Origin: an uncultured Deferribacteres bacterium
Lineage (GTDB): Bacteria > Zhuqueibacterota > Zhuqueibacteria > Zhuqueibacterales > Geothermadaptataceae
Direction of reading: 5' to 3'
NCBI GenBank assembly: GCA_964014485.1
Contig: CAXHAT010000142.1
Location: 1 to 20,946, forward strand
DNA length: 20,946 nt
Part shown: one piece after another, positions 1 through 7,352 of the stretch
Layout: every line of letters starts with the position of its first letter
Numbering within the stretch: position 1 is the stretch's first letter
Position numbers and translations under genes: made by a program
Notes under the pieces: generated by a model
Told to the model about the DNA's origin: nothing
What the model saw: the letters and a program-made list of their open reading frames with translations, nothing else
Database searches by the model: none

Positions 1-13
1 GTATAAGAGACAG
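1..13 (+). other. Nextera/Tn5 mosaic-end adapter remnant (probable library artefact)
   Basis: GTATAAGAGACAG is identical to the last 13 nt of the Tn5 mosaic end AGATGTGTATAAGAGACAG and lies exactly at the sequence edge. Confidence 0.9.
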
Positions 14-155
14 CTGTCATTGGTTTTGCAGAACTTGTGCGGGCTGTCAGGATTCGTTCTCTTTTATCATGCACCGATCTCGGTTGAACAAAGCCCGGCG
101 GAATTAATCTGCAGTTACAAGGCCAAAGCACAATCTTACGGGGAATATCCCTCAA

Positions 156-2384
156 ATGTCCAATTTTGACGCTCTTCACAGCCCGCTTCCGGATTTGTTG
201 TTAGAAAAAATGAGCAAGAACGGTTTCACACAGAATCCGCCAATCTTTGCACTCAAAAGCGATTTGACCCACGACCGCCGTCTCGGCGACAGCTTTTTGA
301 TTATCACAAAATCGCATCTCATCACGGCGGAAGATGACGTCCGCGAAGAGTTCGAGCTCGCTGCGATCAAAAATGTTCGCGTTGAAGAGCTTTTTGGCAG
401 CTCACGGCTAGTTGCGGAAATGGAAGGCGGCGACCGTCATTTGATTTATTACAGCAAAGCGTTAGTTCCTGATTTCGGTCTGATCACCCGCGTCCTAAAC
501 GATATGCTCGCGGGCAAACAGCCGGAATTACCCGAACAGGAAGGCCCGGTTCATTGCGAACGCTGCGGGCGGCCGCTCACGGAACGCGGCGGCAATTGCA
601 CGGCATGCGTTCCGAAAATGGCCGTCTTTAAGAGAATCCTGACTTACCTCCTGCCCTACAAGCCCAAGCTCATCCTGCTCATTCTCGGCACTTTCTTCGG
701 CGTAGCGCTGCAAATGGCGCCGCCCTACATCACCAAACGCATCGTCGACGACGTCATCCAAATCAAAGACCCAAGCAACCTCTGGTTTTGGATTTTGTTG
801 ATGGTTCTAACCGGCGTTTCGTTTCTCTTCGTTCGCGGCGGCTCCGGCGTCTTGAGTTCATGGCTCAGTGCGCGCCTAATCGCGGACTTGCGTTCGCAAC
901 TGCACGGCCACGTGCAGCGCTTACAAATGGCATACTTCGGTAAGCGATCAACCGGCGAAATTGTCTCGCGCGTCATGCACGACACCGGCGCTTTGCAGCA
1001 TTTTCTCATCGACGGCCTGCCGCATTTTGCGGTAAATGTCATTTCGCTCATCGTCATCGCCGTGATCTTGAGCATCATGGATTGGAAGCTTGCATTGCTC
1101 GTATACTTGCCCGTCCCGTTTCTCGTCGGCGGCGTGAAGTGGTTTTGGAACCGTTTGTTCCCGCTTTTTCACAAGCATGGCAGCCGTATCAGCGCGCTGC
1201 ATTCGATTTTGAGCGAGTCGATCAAAGGCGTCAAAGCGATCAAGGCGGCAACGCAGGAAGGCGGACGTTCGAATCTCTTTTCGAGATCAACCGAGGACGT
1301 TTTTCAGACGGTCACGAAAATCGAGAAAAATTGGGTGGGGTTTTCGGAAAGCACCTATTGGATTATGTCTCTCGGCGTGGCGGCGATGTGGTTTTTCGGC
1401 GCCTGGCGCATCGCGAACGGCGACGCGACGCTGACGTTGGGCGACCTGCTGGCGTTTCATGGTTACATTTGGCTTTTCTATGGCCCGCTGCAATGGTTCA
1501 CCGCGATATTGAACTGGATGACGCAAGCCTTCGCCGGGGCTGAGCGGATTTTTACCGTGCTCGACACAAAGCCCGAAGTTTACGACAAGCCGAACGCCGT
1601 CGAGATTCCGCGTATTCGCGGCGAGATCGCGTTTGAAGACGTGCGTTTCAGCTATGAACGCGGCAAGGAAGTCATCAAAGGCATGGATTTCAAGATTGAG
1701 CCCGGAGAAATGATCGGTCTGGTCGGGAAATCGGGGGCGGGCAAGAGTACAATTATCAACTTGATCTGTCGGTTTTATTCAGTCGATTCCGGCCTGATTC
1801 GCATCGACGGCCATCCGATTGCCGACGTTAAACTAGAAAATTTGCGGCGACAAATCGGCATTGTGATGCAGGAACCGTTCATTTTCAGGGCCAGTATTTT
1901 AGAAAACATTCGCGCCGGAGCCCCGGAAGCGGATTTTGCCGACGTCGTGCGCGCCGCCAGAGCCGCGAACGCTCACGAGTTTATTGTCGATAAAGAATTC
2001 GGCTATGACACAATTATTGGCGACAACGGCCTCCGGCTTTCCGGTGGCGAACGCCAGCGCATCGCTATCGCCCGAGCCATTTTGCACGACCCGCCGATCC
2101 TCATCCTTGACGAAGCCACCAGTTCCGTCGACAGCGAAACCGAAAAGGCAATTCAGGAAGCGATTACGCGATTGGTCAGCAATCGCACGACCATCGCCAT
2201 TGCGCATCGCCTTGCGACGCTGCGCAACGCCAACCGTCTCGTCGTCGTCGAAGACGGCAAAATCGCGGAGATCGGCACGCACGAAGAATTACTGTCGAAA
2301 GAAGACGGCATATACGCGAAACTTGTAAAAACTCAGGCTGAAATCAATAAGCTGCGCTCAGAGGCGGAAGCTTTGAGCGGGTAG
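156..2384 (+). CDS. ABC exporter, fused permease/ATPase (MdlB/MsbA-like), with an N-terminal extension containing a zinc ribbon; DUF1854-associated type
   Basis: 742 aa. Multi-helix TM domain, Walker A GKSGAGKST, signature LSGGERQR, Walker B ILILDEAT, H-loop IAHRL. The ~150-aa N-terminal extension ends in CERC-x10-CTAC. Confidence 0.93.
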   Translation: MSNFDALHSPLPDLLLEKMSKNGFTQNPPIFALKSDLTHDRRLGDSFLIITKSHLITAEDDVREEFELAAIKNVRVEELFGSSRLVAEMEGGDRHLIYYSKALVPDFGLITRVLNDMLAGKQPELPEQEGPVHCERCGRPLTERGGNCTACVPKMAVFKRILTYLLPYKPKLILLILGTFFGVALQMAPPYITKRIVDDVIQIKDPSNLWFWILLMVLTGVSFLFVRGGSGVLSSWLSARLIADLRSQLHGHVQRLQMAYFGKRSTGEIVSRVMHDTGALQHFLIDGLPHFAVNVISLIVIAVILSIMDWKLALLVYLPVPFLVGGVKWFWNRLFPLFHKHGSRISALHSILSESIKGVKAIKAATQEGGRSNLFSRSTEDVFQTVTKIEKNWVGFSESTYWIMSLGVAAMWFFGAWRIANGDATLTLGDLLAFHGYIWLFYGPLQWFTAILNWMTQAFAGAERIFTVLDTKPEVYDKPNAVEIPRIRGEIAFEDVRFSYERGKEVIKGMDFKIEPGEMIGLVGKSGAGKSTIINLICRFYSVDSGLIRIDGHPIADVKLENLRRQIGIVMQEPFIFRASILENIRAGAPEADFADVVRAARAANAHEFIVDKEFGYDTIIGDNGLRLSGGERQRIAIARAILHDPPILILDEATSSVDSETEKAIQEAITRLVSNRTTIAIAHRLATLRNANRLVVVEDGKIAEIGTHEELLSKEDGIYAKLVKTQAEINKLRSEAEALSG

Positions 2385-2424
2385 AAGAAAATCCCGTCAC
2401 AGCAGAAACGTCGCTCTTCAGTGT

Positions 2425-2482
2425 TTGCTCAATCCAATTTGAGCAACGGTCTCAAGCGAACAGTTCGCTCGTAAAAGCGAAC
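2425..2482. repeat. Cluster of short inverted repeats
   Basis: TTGCTCAA-tccaat-TTGAGCAA (2425-2446), then AGCGAAC (2455-2461), GTTCGCT (2463-2469) and AGCGAAC (2476-2482), which allow alternative pairings. Confidence 0.6.
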
Positions 2483-2497
2483 CGTCAGCGCCCTCTT

Positions 2498-2531
2498 TCT
2501 TTCCCAAAATTGAAGATGGGAAGATTTTTTT
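2498..2531 (+). terminator. Possible intrinsic terminator after the ABC exporter
   Basis: Imperfect stem TCTTTCCCA...TGGGAAGA with a 10-nt loop, followed by a T7 run. Confidence 0.4.
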
Positions 2532-2633
2532 AGCGCGTTGTCCTTCCAAATAAGCGGCGGTCATGCCCAAGCGTACGCATCGCCGCATTCCTTCCAACCT
2601 GAAACATTCAACGAACGGAAAAAGGGGAAAAAG

Positions 2634-3686
2634 ATGGTAGAGGCAGACGGGTTAGCGAAGCCGGAATTGTTGTCCGGCGCGCCTGAATTGGAAAATGTTT
2701 GGAATGGAAACACGTCCAAATTGTTGGATTTTAAAGCCTTGGTTGAGTCCGCAGATCGCGAAGCTCTCCAAAATGAAGGGCGTGTTTCAGAGACTTTGAT
2801 TGAAAAGCTAAACGCGACGTTTCAGCATTTGTGCGTTGAAATGTGCTCGGTTCTCGGCGAAAGCTCGGACTTCTCCGAAGAGGCTAAACGTTCTTTGGGA
2901 TTGCAGTTTCGCCAAGAGGTTTTGCCTTATTTGTTGCTGGCGAAAACGGCTGAGCGCTGGTATTCTCAACCGCGCGGGTACGCAGGCGATTTCATGACGA
3001 TTGAGCAAGTTTATGACGGACGCCCCCAAGGAATAGGCAGAATCGGTGCAATTTTAGACCGCTGTTTCCTGGATTTGCCCGCCGCACACGCCGTGAAAAA
3101 CAGACGAGGCCTTTTGGCGGAGGAAATCCAGACGACATTGTCCAGCAAAGCAACTGGAGAAACGGCGCAGGTCATGAGTTTAGCCAGCGGCCCGGCGCGA
3201 GAAATCTTTGACGTTTTTGAACAATTAGACAATCCTTCCAAATTGTACGTGTCATTGGTCGATATTGATCTGCAAGCGCTTGCCTTCGTTAATGACAAAG
3301 CGAAGCGCACACGGTGGAGAAAACGGCTGCGCTACGTTCCCGGGAATTTGATTCAAGTCGTAAACGGCAAACAACATTTAGACGTTGAGCCGCAAGACTT
3401 GATCTATAGCATTGGATTAATCGACTATTTTTCAGATAAATTCGTGGTTCGCTTACTGGATTATATTTACGGCAAGCTGAGCCCGGGCGGGCGCGTTATT
3501 CTTGGGAATTTTCACCCGAGCAATCCAACCCGCGCGTTGATGGATCATGTCCTGGGTTGGAAATTGGTCCATCGCACGGAAGAACAGATGCACCGGCTTT
3601 TCGAACAGTCGGCGTTTCAACGGCCATGCACGAAAATTCGCTACGAAGAGCAGCGGATTAATCTTTTTGCGGAATGCGTGAAGTAG
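2634..3686 (+). CDS. Class I SAM-dependent methyltransferase, PhcB-like (3-hydroxy fatty acid methyl ester synthase family)
   Basis: Motifs YSQPRGYAGDF, AHAVKNRR, SLASGPARE (SAM binding), VDID, DLIYSIGLIDY, LSPGGRVILGNF. Start moved to ATG 2634, which follows AAGGGGA; 350 aa. Confidence 0.75.
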   Translation: MVEADGLAKPELLSGAPELENVWNGNTSKLLDFKALVESADREALQNEGRVSETLIEKLNATFQHLCVEMCSVLGESSDFSEEAKRSLGLQFRQEVLPYLLLAKTAERWYSQPRGYAGDFMTIEQVYDGRPQGIGRIGAILDRCFLDLPAAHAVKNRRGLLAEEIQTTLSSKATGETAQVMSLASGPAREIFDVFEQLDNPSKLYVSLVDIDLQALAFVNDKAKRTRWRKRLRYVPGNLIQVVNGKQHLDVEPQDLIYSIGLIDYFSDKFVVRLLDYIYGKLSPGGRVILGNFHPSNPTRALMDHVLGWKLVHRTEEQMHRLFEQSAFQRPCTKIRYEEQRINLFAECVK

Positions 3687-3778
3687 CTTTGCGGACATTT
3701 CCCCGTTGGGCAATTCTCTCGTCAGCCTGTGAGCCGACCTCGCTTCGGATCGAATCAATTCAAAAAAAGCCAGGTAAC

Positions 3779-3817
3779 GCGAAACGCCTTGAGCACAATG
3801 TTTCAAAAGCGTTTCGC
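3779..3817. terminator. Hairpin between convergent genes (possible bidirectional terminator or REP-like element)
   Basis: GCGAAACGC (3779-3787) and GCGTTTCGC (3809-3817) form a perfect 9-bp inverted repeat with partial inner pairing. Confidence 0.45.
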
Positions 3818-3826
3818 AACCAGGAT

Positions 3827-4630
3827 TTATTTCTCAGCGACAACCGTAACGCTCAGAATTTTCGCGCCGCTGCGACGATATTGCGAAATATCGTTCGCGC
3901 TCAAATATTCGTTGAGCACGTTGTCCGGCAAATCGATCTTTTTTGCAGCCTTGACTTCAACATTGGAAAAACCGGATTCGCGAATAACGTCGAGGTATTC
4001 GTTCTTCTGCAAGGCTCCGGCCACGCAGCCGACATACAGTTCCGCAGAGGCTTTCAAATGCTCCGGCATATCGCCTTCGATCACAATATCGGAAATGCAA
4101 AAATGCGCTCCCGGCTTAAGAACCCGGTGAATTTCAGCGAAGGCTTTTTTCTTATCGGGGACGAGGTTCAACACGCAGTTGCTGACCACGACGTCTGAAA
4201 TATCGTCGGTCAACGGCAGCGCTTCAATCTCTCCGAGATGAAATTCAACGTTTTCATAGCCAAGCTTCGCTTTGTTGGCGTTTGCTTTGGCGACCATTTC
4301 GGGCGTCATATCCACGCCGATCACCTTACCGGCCTCACCGACAAGCGAACGGGCGACAAAAACATCATTGCCTGCGCCAGAGCCAAGATCGACGACCGTG
4401 TTTCCAGGTTGAATCCCGGCATGAGCGGTCGGCAGACCGCAGCCAAGCCCAAGATCGGCTTCTTGCACATAGCCCTCGACGCTGGCGTACGAGTCGCTTA
4501 CATTGACGCCGCCGGATTCCTCAGGGCCGCATCCACAATCGCATCCGCAGCCGCCGTTTTGCTCGGACTTCACCGCAATTTCGCCATATTTCTCTTTGAC
4601 CAATTCTTTAACGTCAGTTTCTATCGTCAT
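3827..4630 (-). CDS. arsM: Arsenite S-adenosylmethionine methyltransferase
   Basis: VKEKYGEIA, Cys-rich CGCDCGCG, LGLGCGLP, VVDLGSGAGND, VVSNCVLNLVPDK, LYVGCVAGA. Lies directly downstream of arsR. ATG 4630 has a GGAG RBS; 267 aa. Confidence 0.93.
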   Translation of the reverse strand: MTIETDVKELVKEKYGEIAVKSEQNGGCGCDCGCGPEESGGVNVSDSYASVEGYVQEADLGLGCGLPTAHAGIQPGNTVVDLGSGAGNDVFVARSLVGEAGKVIGVDMTPEMVAKANANKAKLGYENVEFHLGEIEALPLTDDISDVVVSNCVLNLVPDKKKAFAEIHRVLKPGAHFCISDIVIEGDMPEHLKASAELYVGCVAGALQKNEYLDVIRESGFSNVEVKAAKKIDLPDNVLNEYLSANDISQYRRSGAKILSVTVVAEK

Positions 4631-4657
4631 TACAAATCTCCGTTTTAAATGATTTCG

Positions 4658-4700
4658 GATCACGCGTTTCGCCGCTCACACCGCCGCACGATGCGTGATC
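4658..4700. repeat. Long-loop inverted repeat at the arsR-arsM junction
   Basis: GATCACGCGT (4658-4667) pairs with ATGCGTGATC (4691-4700) at 9 of 10 positions. Confidence 0.45.
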
Positions 4701-5022
4701 AGCATCCGCATTGACACACATTGGAAAACAGTTTTGTGAAAGCTTGCTGCGCTCTCGTCATTGTCGCCTGATTTATACAGTAGCACACTTTGGGGCCGTC
4801 AACTTCACCGTCGATCAATCCAACGCGTTTGAGCTCACGCAAATGTTGCGAAACGGTGGACTGAGACAACGGCAAACGATCAACGATATCGCCGCACACG
4901 CATGAATTCATTTCAGCAAGAACGTGCAGGATTTTGATGCGTGCAGGATGTCCCAAAGCTTTGGCAAGACTGGCGAGCCACGCTTCATCTTTCTCGAAAC
5001 TGTCGATTTTGGGTTGGGCCAT
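4699..5022 (-). CDS. arsR: ArsR/SmtB family As(III)-responsive repressor
   Basis: [42 protein letters not shown] and a C-terminal CQCGC. ATG 5022 has an AAAGGAG RBS; 107 aa. Confidence 0.92.
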   Translation of the reverse strand: MAQPKIDSFEKDEAWLASLAKALGHPARIKILHVLAEMNSCVCGDIVDRLPLSQSTVSQHLRELKRVGLIDGEVDGPKVCYCINQATMTRAQQAFTKLFSNVCQCGC

Positions 5023-5032
5023 GACCGTCTCC

Positions 5033-5076
5033 TTTATCGTTGATCGCAAATATACGATAAAAACTATCCGCGTCAA
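5033..5076 (-). promoter_or_regulatory. arsR promoter with overlapping putative ArsR operator
   Basis: On the minus strand TTGACG (5076-5071)-N16-TATATT (5054-5049). Palindromes ATCG-N8-CGAT (5043-5058) and TTTATCGT-N13-ACGATAAA (5033-5061) overlap the -10 element. Confidence 0.7.
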
Positions 5077-5121
5077 CCATTTTCTTGATTTTTTTCTAAA
5101 AAGCGTCGTCTAAGGCAAGGC

Positions 5122-5631
5122 TTACATGACGCGATCTATCTCAGATTTACTGGCTTCATCGAGCGCAGCAAGCGACGCTATTTCGTAATGATTGCCCATT
5201 GAATCGCGCAAAATGCACGAGTCCGGGGTCACCCATTCGACATGCGTTTGCGGCGATTTCATCACAAAATATTTTGATCCGTGCGTCGTTTCCACCGACC
5301 AATATCGATTGCCAAACTGCACCTTCGTTTCGATCACGCGCGTAATTTTTGGCAGCAAGTAACGCGAAGACAATTCTTGCTCGAGAATGATTTTTACTGC
5401 CTGGGGCGTTTCCTCAAGGTTTTCGACAAAAAGCACTTCTCGCTTTTTTTGTGCATGTAAAACGGAAATTTCCTTGCCGCGTCCAGTCAAGGGGCGCGCC
5501 CAGGCCACGCGAACGGGAACCGCTTCTTCATCCGGCTTCTGAACATACACTTGATCGCCTTTGCGGAATATTTGGCAGCCGTTCAAGTCATGTATTTCTT
5601 CTCTTTTCCCAGACTGATCTCTTTCGCTCAT
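5122..5631 (-). CDS. DUF1854 domain-containing protein
   Basis: VRVAWARPLT, EISVL, LEQELSSRYLLPKITRV, YWSVETTHG and ILRDSMGNHYEI...LDEAS follow the DUF1854 pattern as I recall it. Its ATG directly abuts the TAG of the upstream methyltransferase. Confidence 0.8.
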   Translation of the reverse strand: MSERDQSGKREEIHDLNGCQIFRKGDQVYVQKPDEEAVPVRVAWARPLTGRGKEISVLHAQKKREVLFVENLEETPQAVKIILEQELSSRYLLPKITRVIETKVQFGNRYWSVETTHGSKYFVMKSPQTHVEWVTPDSCILRDSMGNHYEIASLAALDEASKSEIDRVM

Positions 5632-7095
5632 CTAATCCGATTCCACTGGTTTCATGAATGTCAAACAGTAGTGATGAAACGTATTGCTCACCCAGGCGTA
5701 GCGGTACCCGAACGGCGCCAGACGTTGATCGTCCTGACACCAGAATTGCTCGCCGCAAAAGATCAGAAAACCGCGCAACTGCTCCACAATGTCCCACGCA
5801 AGGGGATAAATCACGCCCTGCTTTTTCACATTTTTTACGATAATTGTCATGTAACGCCCAGGCCGTAATCGCTCGGCCACGACGCGATAAATCTCGGTGA
5901 GCATTTTGAGAAATTCAGCGTAATCGGCGAGGTTTCCAACGTCGCGCTCATCGTCGCTGTACCAGCGCGGCAGCCCCTTCTTTTTGCGTTTGGCCTGCGT
6001 TTCGGCGCCGCGCATTCGCAGCATGTCCCAGTAAGGCGGGCTGGTGATGCAATAGTCAAAAAACTCCGGCAACGACTCGTAATTCTCCCGCGCCCCTGCG
6101 TCGCCGACAACCAGTTGGACTTCCGGCTTCGTTTCAAACCTTGATTCGGCGATTTCAGCAAATGTCGAGTTCAATTCGATGCCGCACGCACGCCGTCCGC
6201 TCTCTTGCGCGGCAACAAGGCTCGAGCCCGTGCCGACCATTGGATCGAAGACCCAATCGTCAGGAGTCGTAAAATTCTCAATATATTTTGAGACCAGGTC
6301 TTCAGGAAATTTCGCTGGGTGAAGCAAGACATTCTTTCCTCTTCGCGGCGGACGGTGAATGTACCAGGATTCTTGAAAACCGTTTGTGTTTGTTAAATCT
6401 GCAGCGCCAGGGACGTCATGAGCCTTGATCGCGGGAGCCGGAATATCGAACATCGGCTCATCTGGTTTTTCCTTGCGGAAATGGAGATAATAAACTACGG
6501 TTTCATCCGGCGTCCACAACTTTGGGGAAACGCCTGATTTCCTGTTTTCAATGGCCAAACATCCGATTTTTTCATCTTTTTGTTTCATCTTCCGCGAGAG
6601 CTTTTGAGCCAAGCGCCAGGCGAGAGTTTCCGTCCCGAATTCGGTGCGAAAATTTTGTGCAACGACGGTTATGTAGGCGCTCTCCCGCAGCTTGTCGCAC
6701 ATCGCAAGAAGCTCGCCGGCCAGATCGTTCAGCTCGCTTTCCGTCAAATCAGGACGCAAGCGCTCCCGGACGTCTGCGTAGACGTAATCGATCAAATCAG
6801 GCGCTTCGTTTGCAGTTGACGAAATCGCTCTTTGATCATTTGTAAATTCATGCGCGACTTCGGCCGCCTGCTTTTGGTCAAAAAAACGCACGACGCCGGA
6901 GCGGCCGTCAGGGTACTGGCTTTTGGTAAAAAATCGGACAAAGTCCGCGATTGTACGGCCGTCTGGTTCAAACCAGCTTTTTTGAAATTGCAGCCAAGTG
7001 CGGCTGTCGAGGTCGTTGAGACGGTTTTTGGGATCAGCTTTGGGGAAATTTTCCATCTTGTCTTTTTGCTTTTGGGTCATTGGGAAAGCGGTCAA
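5632..7095 (-). CDS. DNA amino-methyltransferase (N4-cytosine/N6-adenine family, SPPY type) with a degenerate duplicated N-terminal domain
   Basis: The C-terminal half has HPAKFP (6321-6304), motif I DPMVGTGS (~6246-6223), GIELN and motif IV TSPPYW (SPPY at 6042-6031). The N-terminal half is a motif-less paralogous copy. Start is uncertain (TTG 7095, ATG 7080 or ATG 7056). Confidence 0.85.
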   Translation of the reverse strand: MTAFPMTQKQKDKMENFPKADPKNRLNDLDSRTWLQFQKSWFEPDGRTIADFVRFFTKSQYPDGRSGVVRFFDQKQAAEVAHEFTNDQRAISSTANEAPDLIDYVYADVRERLRPDLTESELNDLAGELLAMCDKLRESAYITVVAQNFRTEFGTETLAWRLAQKLSRKMKQKDEKIGCLAIENRKSGVSPKLWTPDETVVYYLHFRKEKPDEPMFDIPAPAIKAHDVPGAADLTNTNGFQESWYIHRPPRRGKNVLLHPAKFPEDLVSKYIENFTTPDDWVFDPMVGTGSSLVAAQESGRRACGIELNSTFAEIAESRFETKPEVQLVVGDAGARENYESLPEFFDYCITSPPYWDMLRMRGAETQAKRKKKGLPRWYSDDERDVGNLADYAEFLKMLTEIYRVVAERLRPGRYMTIIVKNVKKQGVIYPLAWDIVEQLRGFLIFCGEQFWCQDDQRLAPFGYRYAWVSNTFHHYCLTFMKPVESD

Positions 7096-7104
7096 TATGA
7101 CTCT

Positions 7105-7301
7105 CTACCTGACACTTTTTTGTAAACTGCATTTTTGAACCGTCGGAAAGCCCCGTTTTGTCATTCAGGAGGAATCTTTGTTATCGCCTAGTACAGATCA
7201 TGCCCAAAAGTTCAAGGGTTGGATCAAAAAAGATGCTTCCAGCATGACAATTCCGGCCTTTTTCGCCAGCCTTGGAAGCCTATAGAAAAAGTGTCAGATA
7301 G
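7105..7301. mobile_element. MITE-like element with nested inverted repeats
   Basis: Outer IR: CTACCTGACACTTTTT (7105-7120) and AAAAAGTGTCAGATAG (7286-7301), 15/16 match, with TA at 7106-7107 and 7299-7300. Inner IR: TTGTCATTCAGGAGGAATCTTT (7158-7179) and AAAGATGCTTCCAGCATGACAA (7229-7250), 18/22 match. No ORF in the track. Confidence 0.6.
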
Positions 7302-7352
7302 TGAACAATATGAAAGATCATCCACATTCTCGCAACCAATTCGGCGTGAAAA

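Noticed and set aside
1..18. Genuine Tn5/IS50 transposon end
   Set aside because: It matches the engineered mosaic end, sits at the sequence edge, and no transposase is nearby.
2538..2633. Upstream TTG start for the methyltransferase
   Set aside because: ATG 2634 has a purine-rich RBS, and the extension shows no recognisable domain features.
3674..4648. Plus-strand ORFs (174, 133 and 136 aa) overlapping arsM, and similar shadow ORFs elsewhere
   Set aside because: They are antisense or out-of-frame to well-supported genes and carry no recognisable motifs.
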